Assembly: GCA_965214835.1 (NCBI GenBank) | Contig: CBDCCK010000002.1 | Coordinates: forward strand, 128,001 to 192,000 | Direction of reading: 5' to 3' | DNA: 64,000 nt | DNA from: Nitrosopumilaceae archaeon | GTDB lineage: Archaea > Thermoproteota > Nitrososphaeria > Nitrososphaerales > Nitrosopumilaceae | Part shown: positions 55,725-64,000 of the stretch, in pieces | Numbering within the stretch: the stretch's first letter is position 1 | Layout of the letters: the number at the start of each line of letters is the position of its first letter | Program-made: the position numbers and the translations under genes | The notes under the pieces: model-generated | Database searches by the model: none | What the model saw: the letters and a program-made list of their open reading frames with translations, nothing else | What the model was told of the DNA's origin: nothing

Positions 55725-56174
55725 TTCCGGGTTCTTTTGCGTTACAGTCCTGATATGTGTCATGAAATGAAACAGCGGCATTGAGAACAATATCATTAAT
55801 GTGAATACAAGCAACAGAAAATCATCTCTGAAAAAGCCCTGCACGGCTGCCAGTCCCAGTATTACAATGGAGAACAGTGCAAGAAAGTCGATTATCACTC
55901 CCTCCTTTTTGTTGTTGTTCTGCTTGGTTCGGTAAAAACCAATTGCCCTTTGAAACGAGGAAAGGTAGGCACGTGTCGTCTCAGAATCGGCATCCCCGGT
56001 GTCTTTTTCCGGCTCGGACATTATGCTCTCAGTCTTCTCTACGAACTTCTCCTGTTCTGCTATCATCTTAGAATAGTGGCTGTCAATATAGAGAAACCTA
56101 GTGGCTATGACTATTCCTATTATTGTCACCATCATCCCCATTATGGAGAATATTCCAGCGTTCCATGGCTCCAT
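55716..56174 (-). CDS. 3-TM membrane protein convergent on the Panacea-like gene
   Basis: TM-RFLYID-helical linker-2TM, same layout as 45355-45827. Confidence 0.65.
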   Translation of the reverse strand: MEPWNAGIFSIMGMMVTIIGIVIATRFLYIDSHYSKMIAEQEKFVEKTESIMSEPEKDTGDADSETTRAYLSSFQRAIGFYRTKQNNNKKEGVIIDFLALFSIVILGLAAVQGFFRDDFLLLVFTLMILFSMPLFHFMTHIRTVTQKNPESL

Positions 56175-56650
56175 CCGTATATGTCAAAATGCCCATACAT
56201 AATAAATCGTTACCTAGAGACCGTGATGATGTATGTGACGGCTTTTTGTGATGCATCATGCTTCTGAGGCCGGAGTTCTATGAGGCATTCTTTGGCGAGT
56301 TGAAAAAAATTCGATGGCTGAAGTTTTAGTGTGAGGCTGCGTCCCTGCAACCGGACATGGAATTGCATATCAGTACTTCCTAGATGTACTTTTGCAGACC
56401 CGACACGGCACCTCCGCTACTTTCCGCGATCGTTTACAAACGAGTCGGCCGCATCGACAATGCACGCGACAAACAGCATCATGGTAAACCCCTTCCCTCC
56501 TGCAAATCCGTCCCACTTGGATTCCACGTCTATGAACACGGCAGTCCTCCACAGGTTGTACAGTATGACAGACATATAGAACAGCAGCAGCCTTGATCTG
56601 GACCCCGTATTTTCGAACCACTTTTTGGGCGTTTTTGCGTAGCTCTGGCA

Positions 56651-57487
56651 TCATCTGCCTGCCTCCCTTTGGTGCCGTACGATGAACTCCATCGGAGTGA
56701 GATATCCAAGCGAGGAGTGTATTCTATCGTGATTATAGTCCCTAAAGGCCTCCTTTATGACGTCTGAGGCGTCCTGAAAGGAGCCAAATTCATGGGGCCA
56801 CAGGTATTCCCTCTTGATGCTTCCGTGAAACGACTCTATGTGGCCGTTTTGCTCTGGCGTCCTGTATGCTATGAGCTCGTGCCTGATTCCCAGCTGTTTT
56901 AGGGACTCCCTGAACATACGCGATGTATACTGAGAACCGTTGTCTGTTCGCAGGGTCAGCATGCTGCAGTCCGGATCTGCTGCCGATACCGCATCGAGTA
57001 CGGCCTGAACCGCATTCTCCTTTTGCGCCGTGGTATCAAAGGAGTATGCAAGCCATCTGCGCGAAAAGGCATCAAGTACGTTGAAACAGTAGCACCAGCC
57101 GTCCCCGCCGCAGTCCACGTATGTAATGTCTGCCTGCCACAGCCGGTTGGGGGCATCTGGCCTTGTAAGCTTGCGCGAGGCCCGTATTATGTCGTTTTTG
57201 GTCTTTTTGGGCTCGATCCAGCCTATCTGGCGGTAGATTCGCTGTATCTTTTTGCGGTTTACGCGTACGCCAGTCTCGCGCAATATCTGGTTTGCCATCC
57301 TCCGGGTTCCATACGTCGGCCTTTTCTTGCCTATGGTACGTATGATTGAGACCGTCCCAGAGTCGGCTTTTCTGGTCCGTCTGTCGACGTCCTTCCTGGC
57401 GTAATACCAGGTGCCCTTTGAGACGCCGCAGTATTTCAGGGCCGTGTTGAGGCTCATCTTCTGGTGGCAGATCTGTACGGCATTCAT
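56651..57487 (-). CDS. IS3-family transposase OrfB (DDE)
   Basis: YGTRR, WQADIT, RTDNGSQY, TPEQNGHIESFHG, YNHDRIHSSLGY. Confidence 0.93.
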   Translation of the reverse strand: MNAVQICHQKMSLNTALKYCGVSKGTWYYARKDVDRRTRKADSGTVSIIRTIGKKRPTYGTRRMANQILRETGVRVNRKKIQRIYRQIGWIEPKKTKNDIIRASRKLTRPDAPNRLWQADITYVDCGGDGWCYCFNVLDAFSRRWLAYSFDTTAQKENAVQAVLDAVSAADPDCSMLTLRTDNGSQYTSRMFRESLKQLGIRHELIAYRTPEQNGHIESFHGSIKREYLWPHEFGSFQDASDVIKEAFRDYNHDRIHSSLGYLTPMEFIVRHQREAGR

Positions 57488-57771
57488 CCTTTGCTCAGCT
57501 CCATTGTTTTTTTTAAAGCGTCACAGGCCACTGCATACTCGCCTATGATGCGTTTGAGATTCTGGTTCTCCTTTTGCAGGGCAGCCGCTACCTTGTCATT
57601 CCGGCCCAGGATGGATGCCTTGCCGCCCTCGACGAACCTGTCCATCCACCTGCCAAACGTGGTGGGCGCGATGTTGTGCTTGCGGCACAGCTCGGCAGTG
57701 CTGATGCTGGTCTTGATGGACTCCATCACTATGTCTGTCTTTTCGGCCAATGTGAACTTTTGTTTTTTCAT
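57484..57771 (-). CDS. IS3-family OrfA (HTH)
   Basis: FTLAEKTDIV...AELCRKHNI...W, LQKENQNLK zipper. Confidence 0.88.
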   Translation of the reverse strand: MKKQKFTLAEKTDIVMESIKTSISTAELCRKHNIAPTTFGRWMDRFVEGGKASILGRNDKVAAALQKENQNLKRIIGEYAVACDALKKTMELSKG

Positions 57772-59119
57772 GCCCCGTATGCCCTCCTGTCATATACAAA
57801 TTCTACGCATTTGGGTGGTTCGAATTTTATGGGGTCCTCACCAGCCTGACGACCGGGGAATTGCTGCACGTCTTGCCCATTATCCCCTTGATCACCCTGA
57901 ACCCGGTCTCGATTCCCCACCGACTGCGGTACTCCTCCGGTATCTGCTCAATGACTGCCTCTGCACTTTTAGCAGACATGTTGGTGGCAAAGACCAGATA
58001 CCTGTCGGCTATGGTCTCTTCTGCCTTGTCCTTCTTTGCTGCTGCCGTGCCGTCCTTTTCTACCTCGTCCTTTTCCACAATGACTAGCCTGAATGTGGCG
58101 CTCTTGCCGTCCTTGTTGGTCATTGTATATTTTGATACCGCACCGCGTTCTCCGCGGTCATGCTCCTCTATTGCCGCCACTATCCTCCTGTTCTTGACGG
58201 CAGGCATGATGTAGCTGCCCGTGCTTGTTTCTGCAGCCCTCATGCAGTCCACGTTAAAGAACCCGCGGTCATACAGGAACGTCTTGATCCTCATCCCTGA
58301 TCTGGACGCCTTGCGGATCATTTTAGGCACGAAATCGGCCAGTTTTGCCTCTTTTGGAAGCTGCAGCGAGGAAAGCACGAGGTCAGACCCGTCATCTGAT
58401 CCTATTCCGTGCATGGTAATGTGCGAGAGAAACGTCGACGTGCCGTTCTTGGGCTTTGACTTTCTGGCGATATCCTCCAGGCCCTTGCCATAGTATTCCA
58501 CGTCGGTAACGTCCACTGCCACGACGTCCGTGTTGTGCAGCATGCCTGACCTGCGGGCGCACCTTACCGTATGCTGCAGCATGGAGCTGCACCACTTTTG
58601 CGCATCATCCAGGCTGACGCCCCGGATCGCCTTTAGGATCCAGTCCGGACTAGGCGTACGGCAACTATACGCGCCGCCCTTGGAGGCAGCCCCGTCGTCA
58701 TGCTGCTGCCTGCTGCATTTTGAGGCCCGCCTGCGAAGGTGCGTCACGGCAGATTCTGCAAACATCCTCCTCTCAGACATGAAATATAGAACGCGCAGTG
58801 CGTCGATGTGGTCATACACTGCGTTGCGACTCTTTGAGACGGCCAGCCCGAGCTTGGGAAACCGCCGTCGCAATGTTTTAAACTGTCTCGATGTTATGTC
58901 AAACTGGTGTGCAAACACGTCGTTTTGTGTTACTGACATGATGATGGTTGGCACACCGCCTGATCTATAGTATGATGGTCAAAAAATCTCGGCAAATTGC
59001 GTAATTATCGTGCCTGCAAAAGTACATCGAGGAACTACTGATATGGCTGTGACTCCCATTCCCAGCTGGCAAGGAAATGCGACTTCACGCCGATGTATCA
59101 ATGGAACAACGGAGTTGTA

Positions 59120-59716
59120 TCACGACTCTTTCAAACTTTCAAGTTCTTTGATTACCGCCCCAACTGAGGGGTTCTTGCCAGGGTTTATCCACCGGATGTT
59201 GTTTTCCTCGCACCCCCGGACGCTTTCTTGATCCCGTGTAACCAGAACCATGCCGTATTCCCTGGCATGGTTTAGAACTGAAAAGTCAGACGTCATCGGA
59301 AGCCCCTTCCAGCGCAGTTTTTTCACGCTCTGTGCCTCATAGCATCTTTTTGGAAGCTTGGAGTCAAGCCCGTCATACATTTCATCGAACAGGATTTTGG
59401 TTCTTGGTGGTTTGTGATTCCTGTGTTTTATCGCATCGTCCACGATTGCCGAAATTATAACCGCCAGTACTATGACGATTGGAATGATGCCTGTTCCGAT
59501 GTACGTCAATCCTAATTCTGAAAAACCCTTGGAAATGACTTTCAGTGCTTCCTTGGCATCCCCAGACGCCTCGACAGAATCGATCTCCAATCCTGAACTG
59601 AACGTCTGCAAGGAAATCCCGGAAGCCAGCATCACCGCTCCCACAGTGACTCCAATTGTTGCCAGTAATTGCAAGATGGCAAGCCGCTTCTGAAATTCCC
59701 GTTCTGAACTATCCAT
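59120..59716 (-). CDS. 2-TM protein fused to a DUF5615/Mut7-C-like PIN domain
   Basis: Two TM helices then KILFDEMY...SDFSVLNHA...LVTRD. Confidence 0.7.
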   Translation of the reverse strand: MDSSEREFQKRLAILQLLATIGVTVGAVMLASGISLQTFSSGLEIDSVEASGDAKEALKVISKGFSELGLTYIGTGIIPIVIVLAVIISAIVDDAIKHRNHKPPRTKILFDEMYDGLDSKLPKRCYEAQSVKKLRWKGLPMTSDFSVLNHAREYGMVLVTRDQESVRGCEENNIRWINPGKNPSVGAVIKELESLKES

Positions 59717-59830
59717 GATGATATTTTTACACTCCAGCATGATTTTGCTTATAACCGCAGATTCGTATGCCCCAGCTGGCCATACGGCACATGCAAGGCC
59801 GGCGTCCTTCCACGCGCCACGCATATCAGC

Positions 59831-60274
59831 TCAGAACTTCAGCCATCGAAGCTTTCCCAGCCCGTCAAAGAACTGTCCGTAGATCTCGGATTCTGTGCGG
59901 TTGTTCCTTGGAAAACCTTCAATCATATCCAGTGTTTCCTCCAACACCAGCATCAGCCCAATGTCCTGCTCCGCCGTAAGATGCTCATGAGATATTGCAA
60001 GCATCTTGGCATTCTGCAGCCTGGATCTGAAACCTGCAAGTTTTGTGACTGGCTTAACTGGCATATGGCCGTCACTTCCACCCGTGCCCTTCACTGACGT
60101 CTCGAATTCTTTGAGAAATCCCCTGAGACGGTTTATGCCCCTTCTTCTTCGTCTTGTTCTGGCCAGCAGAAAGACAACTTCGACTGCCATTCCGCCGGCC
60201 AAGCCGCCTATCATTCCCTCTACGATTGAATCTGGTGACAGTTCGAACATACGTACTTCGGAATTTATCATCAA
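59831..60274 (-). CDS. N-terminal-TM hypothetical protein (paralogue of 47073-47459)
   Basis: GGLAGGMAV TM, basic patch, C-terminal FFDGLGKLRWLKF. Confidence 0.7.
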   Translation of the reverse strand: MMINSEVRMFELSPDSIVEGMIGGLAGGMAVEVVFLLARTRRRRRGINRLRGFLKEFETSVKGTGGSDGHMPVKPVTKLAGFRSRLQNAKMLAISHEHLTAEQDIGLMLVLEETLDMIEGFPRNNRTESEIYGQFFDGLGKLRWLKF

Positions 60275-60395
60275 GATTGTTCTTAAGCGACTCTTCGATG
60301 GCTGGATTGCTTACGCTGAGACCGGATTACACACTGCTAGGCCGTACTTCCTGCACGGCATAAGGCGGATCCGGCGGATTGGACGTCATCCCTGG

Positions 60396-60965
60396 TCAGT
60401 GCTTCAGCAGGACTATCCGGCTGATGTCCTTCTCCGTGAACACGATGGCATCGCCTACCTCCACCCACCTCCTTTCGTCTTTTTTCACCTGCAGCAGCTC
60501 CGGGTGTGAGAGTTCCACCTCCCTCCGGTGTTTCTCATCAGTCGACATCACCTTGATCCACCCCCTGTAGACATCCCCCTGGCTGGTGTGTACATCCACC
60601 CAGTCCCCGACGTTGTCAAACGCGAATTTTACCCAGACGCTTCCCCTGTTTACGCCCTTTCTCCACGTGAGGCGCGCAATCTCCCCGAACCCCGTGCCGA
60701 TGACTGCCGCCAGCACAAAGTAGCTGGTTATGACGTCATACTGCAGGATTCTGGTCTCCAGGTCCGATATTGACTGGAACTGCCAGATTGATGCAAAGGG
60801 AACAAAGATGATCACGCTGGAAATCAGGCTCCACAGGGTGGTCTGCAGGTTGTTGAAAACGAATTCGTATGAGGCCCTCCAGATGAACAGCCTAAATGCA
60901 AGGAACCCCGGGGCCAGGAGTATTATGATCGTGTATGCCTCTGTGAGGGACGGAATTTCTGCCAT
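60396..60965 (-). CDS. DUF6338-like membrane protein
   Basis: ILLAPGFLA, three TM helices, VW..F....WVDV...G..YRGW beta domain. Confidence 0.65.
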   Translation of the reverse strand: MAEIPSLTEAYTIIILLAPGFLAFRLFIWRASYEFVFNNLQTTLWSLISSVIIFVPFASIWQFQSISDLETRILQYDVITSYFVLAAVIGTGFGEIARLTWRKGVNRGSVWVKFAFDNVGDWVDVHTSQGDVYRGWIKVMSTDEKHRREVELSHPELLQVKKDERRWVEVGDAIVFTEKDISRIVLLKH

Positions 60966-61858
60966 GTCGTGCTTTAATCTGACGCATGGTCAAAGTCGGT
61001 ATTGGCGGGTTTTGGGCGCTTGGGTTCGGACGCTGTCACCGACATGGCGATCTTGTATTGTGATTTGGCATTCTTTTTTTCCTGGTGCTGGCTATCTTTT
61101 TCCACGTACATAATGCATGTCACTGCTATTTATTTTCACCGACGACCGGCTTGTAGCCATCTGGCATGGCACAATCCATTTTTGCTGCAACCTCAAATAA
61201 AAATGGCGAAATCCTGTAATTTCTACTGCGCATACTACGACAATGATTGTTGTTCATACCTGCCAAACCACAAGCCGTCTCTGAAATTCCTGCCCTGAAT
61301 CATTCATGACCGCACCTTCACTCTCCAGCCCGCTTCAAACCCAGATCCACAGATTTGGCAGATATTTTTCCTATGATGTCTGTCAATCCAGATTCAAACT
61401 CCCTTGAGACGTCCCCCGCGCCGCTTGTCGCGTGACATGCCTCGTGAAGCAGCGTTCCCGCATAGTCCTCCAGACTCCCAAGCTGTCCGCGCTTGATGAC
61501 TATTCTCTTTTTGTCCGGCTCCCACAGGCCTACGGCCTCCACTCCCGACTCCTCCCTTCGCATGGTCTCAGACACTGCTATCTCCCCGATGATGCCAGGT
61601 CTTCCGCCGGCCAGGTCAAAGATGGCCCCCGTCCTGTCGAAGACCTTGCGCTCTGAGGAGTCCAGCTCCGACGGTTTTACGAACTTGAACTCAAAGCTGT
61701 CGTTCCATTCCGTGTTGTACTGCCCGAGATCCCTCATTACGTTTCCCGACATGTCCTGCTCCCCGCGTATCTTTTGAACGGTTGTCTCCGGCTAGACTGT
61801 TGCATAACTCCGACTAGAGCCCAGCCAATCCTTCCGGATCACTACCGGTGCTCGGTTC

Positions 61859-63073
61859 CTACATGGCAGTCACCGCCTCTGCGATCCACTTGTTGTACAG
61901 CCATATCCTCAGCTTTACCTCCTGCACTATGTTGGACCACTTGAGGGCCTTTACGTCCTCGCCGAACATGCGCTTTATGGCCGATATCACGATCTCGACG
62001 ATCCATCTACTGCCAAAGCCGACCGTGCTCTTCCAGTACCGCAGGTTCTCCTGCCTCTCCTCCTTTGACAGGTTGCCCACCGGCACCTCGGGGCCGCCCC
62101 CGAGCTGCCATCGCACCAGCCGGCCCCACTTGTCGCCGGCGCCCTTGCCCCTTGCAGTACAGCTTGTCAAAAGCCGTATGAGGGGCATTACGTCGTACTT
62201 GTAGCACTCGGCTACGTTCTTTCTAGAGCCGTATGCGCCGTCTGCAAGCAGGATCTTGCCAGGTGTAATCTGGTCCTCGCCGGTGCCGAGCATATCTAGC
62301 GGCGATCTCCCGTCTGCAAGCATGTTGGGGATCTTGATTGTATCCACGATGTCAGGGCAGTCCTGCTCCTCTTCCTTCTTGATGCTCTTGATTGTATCCA
62401 CGATGTCAGGGCAGTCCTGCTCCTCTTCCTTCTTGATGCTCTTGATTGTATCCACGATGTCAGGGCAGTCCTGCTCCTCTTCCTTCTTGATGCTCTTGAT
62501 TGTATCCACGATGTCAGGGCAGTCCTGCTCCTCTTCCTTCTTGATGCTCCTGGCCGCCTCCTCAAGTAGCGCAGGCAGCTCCGTGCTGTCGCCGACTGCC
62601 TCGCTTGTGACGGACACTGCCAGCACCTGCTTGGTGTCTGCGTCTACCATCAGGTGCATCTTGACGAACCCGCGCCTTACCTTCCATTTCTTGCGTATCC
62701 ACTCGCCCCGGTTGTGCTGCTTGAGGCCCGTGGCATCGGCTATCATGACCAGGTTGTTGGACTTGTCGCGCACGGTAATTATGTGCTCTGCAATGTCGAC
62801 GTCAAGCTTCTGCATCCTCCTGAATATCGTGGTATAGCACGGCGAGTCCATACCCCTTAGCATTTCCCCGAACATGCCTGACAGCTGCCTGTACGGTATC
62901 ATCAATGCGGTCCTGAGGGCGGCCGCGGCCATTATCATGCCTTCCGCGTACAGGAACGGGGCGCCCTCCTTGTGGCGGTTGGCATCCTTGAGATCCTTCT
63001 CCCAGCCGGGGTCGTGCTTGACGACCAGGCCGGCTCCCCTCTCTACGTACTTTGCGTTATCCGTGTGTGTCAA
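61859..63073 (-). CDS. IS5-family transposase with internal 18-aa tandem repeat
   Basis: IADATG, VKMHL, LADGAY, SRWIVEIVISAIK. Confidence 0.9.
   Translation of the reverse strand: MTHTDNAKYVERGAGLVVKHDPGWEKDLKDANRHKEGAPFLYAEGMIMAAAALRTALMIPYRQLSGMFGEMLRGMDSPCYTTIFRRMQKLDVDIAEHIITVRDKSNNLVMIADATGLKQHNRGEWIRKKWKVRRGFVKMHLMVDADTKQVLAVSVTSEAVGDSTELPALLEEAARSIKKEEEQDCPDIVDTIKSIKKEEEQDCPDIVDTIKSIKKEEEQDCPDIVDTIKSIKKEEEQDCPDIVDTIKIPNMLADGRSPLDMLGTGEDQITPGKILLADGAYGSRKNVAECYKYDVMPLIRLLTSCTARGKGAGDKWGRLVRWQLGGGPEVPVGNLSKEERQENLRYWKSTVGFGSRWIVEIVISAIKRMFGEDVKALKWSNIVQEVKLRIWLYNKWIAEAVTAM
62332..62549 (-). repeat. 54-bp tandem repeat x4 inside the IS5 transposase
   Basis: Encodes (SIKKEEEQDCPDIVDTIK)4, period 54 nt. 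Confidence 0.95.
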
Positions 63074-63822
63074 CTGATACCATACAAGGCATCCTCATGA
63101 TCCATTACTTTTTCGGCCAAGTTTCGTTGATCATTATGGTGATTTTCGGTCAAGTTTCAGATTTTAGGCAGGGTTATGCAACAGTCTATCTCCGGCACCA
63201 CCATGACTGACAGCCCGTCCCGCCTGGCGTTGTCTATTGCGGCCGTGTCATCCTGCAGCTGCTGCGGCGTCACAAATACCACCTGCGATGAGGCGTTGAG
63301 GATCTTGCATGCGTGTGCTGCAACGTCTACGTATTTCATCTCATCATGAATCGTCCCACTCTGGTATCCCTGCAGATCGTCCACCAGCATTCTTGCAACC
63401 CCCTTGTCTCGACTTGACATCAGGATTGACTTTACGCGTCCCGTGTATGCCCCCCTTCCCACATGCGTCCGCTCCCTGTTCAGTGCCTTCCTCATTGCTC
63501 CTGTCATGGACGTGATGTTGTATCTATGTGTCGTGCTTATAAGGATTCCACGCGTAACGGTGTTGTGAAGTATGGCTTTGGCTGGGGGTCTCTTCCTGAC
63601 AATCACAAAATGAAGGTCGGACACTTATCTATACGAGGATCTCCCTCAGTACCATTCTTCATCCATTTGTCAGAACCGTTCTGCAGTTACTAAACGAGGA
63701 TCTCCCTCAACTACATCAACGCAGATTAAAGTTCTAACTGTAATGACAATAATAATGATGATGATGACGTTCATTTCACACGCATGTCCACTATGCACTG
63801 ACTGAAGGCCATCTATTTCTTT

Positions 63823-64000
63823 AGCATACGAGGACTCCATGACGCACCTGGTGTTATCCGGAATCTTTGCAAACATCTCTCTTATCTCGCTGTTCCTGTT
63901 GCTTATTTTTGTATTCCCCAGGACCTTGCCGTCCTTGTCCATCACCGCGACCTGGATGGACTCCTTGTGCACGTCCAGGCCGACATACTGCTGCTCCGCC
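63823..64000 (-). pseudogene. IS110-family transposase N-terminal fragment
   Basis: YVGLDVHKESIQVAVMDKDG...VMES (RuvC-like DEDD start), then similarity is lost; 5' end off window. Confidence 0.75.

Larger units (their letters stand above)
56594..57843 (-). mobile_element. IS3-family insertion sequence
   Basis: TG...GGACCCC...TTCGAACCAC imperfect TIRs; 4-bp target duplication GCCT (56590-56593, 57844-57847). Confidence 0.9.
56417..58954 (-). pseudogene. ISH3-family transposase split by IS3 insertion
   Basis: VAVDVT, LYDRGF, YRSRWGIETGF...SPVVRL resumes beyond the IS3 as LLFYMSVILYNLW...DRGK* (stop 56417). Confidence 0.88.
56371..59040 (-). mobile_element. ISH3-family (IS4-like) insertion sequence, interrupted by an IS3
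   Basis: 27-bp TIRs CAGTA(C/G)TTCCT(A/C)GATGTACTTTTGCAG at 56371 and 59014-59040; ATAT target duplication. Confidence 0.88.
61793..63188 (-). mobile_element. IS5-family insertion sequence
   Basis: 16-bp perfect TIR TAGACTGTTGCATAAC; 8-bp target duplication TCTCCGGC. Confidence 0.92.
61318..63522 (-). pseudogene. HExxH-containing protein (family usually annotated ATP-binding protein), split by IS5 and 5'-truncated
   Basis: ALNRERTHVGR...VMVVPE | TTVQKIRG...WNDSFEFKFV...LLHEACH joins in frame after removing the IS and one target copy. Confidence 0.75.

Noticed and set aside
56370-56654. 94-aa ORF downstream of IS3 OrfB
   Set aside because: It spans the IS3 end and overlaps the displaced 3' end of the ISH3 transposase in another frame.
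63633-63709. 16-bp direct repeat ACGAGGATCTCCCTCA x2 near the IS110 fragment
   Set aside because: Only two copies in a rearranged, truncated region. It cannot be assigned as a bridge RNA, CRISPR or TSD from this window.

Overview
Archaeal accessory DNA, probably from a GC-rich thaumarchaeote (Nitrososphaerota). This rests on a thaumarchaeal-type secreted domain at the left edge, a TBP-like gene, an ISH3-type element and archaeal pilin-like genes. There are almost no housekeeping genes. The core (about 10.0-43.3 kb, mostly minus strand) is a conjugative/ICE-like transfer region: VirB4-like and VirD4-like ATPases, VirB6-like and PrgI/VirB3-like membrane proteins, pilin-like and large Ig-fold surface proteins, a membrane metalloprotease and a divergent TBP. 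No integrase is visible in the window. Cargo on the left is an 8-repeat type I-G-like CRISPR mini-array with no cascade/cas1/cas2 genes, plus a helicase-dead Cas3-HD gene. The oldest spacer of that array matches the Cas3-HD gene at 34/36 nt; both mismatches are synonymous and the PAM position is one synonymous change from TTC. Other cargo includes a type IIG R-M gene and a GHKL/DUF6339-PAPS reductase/GIY-YIG/DGQHR operon, each frameshifted in a homopolymer tract. There is also an inverted-repeat-bounded cluster of about 8 TM + heptad-repeat paralogues, three structurally aberrant tRNA-like genes, three Panacea/SocA-like genes, two membrane-anchored PIN nucleases and nested IS elements at the right end. 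All family calls come from motif recognition by eye; no searches were run.
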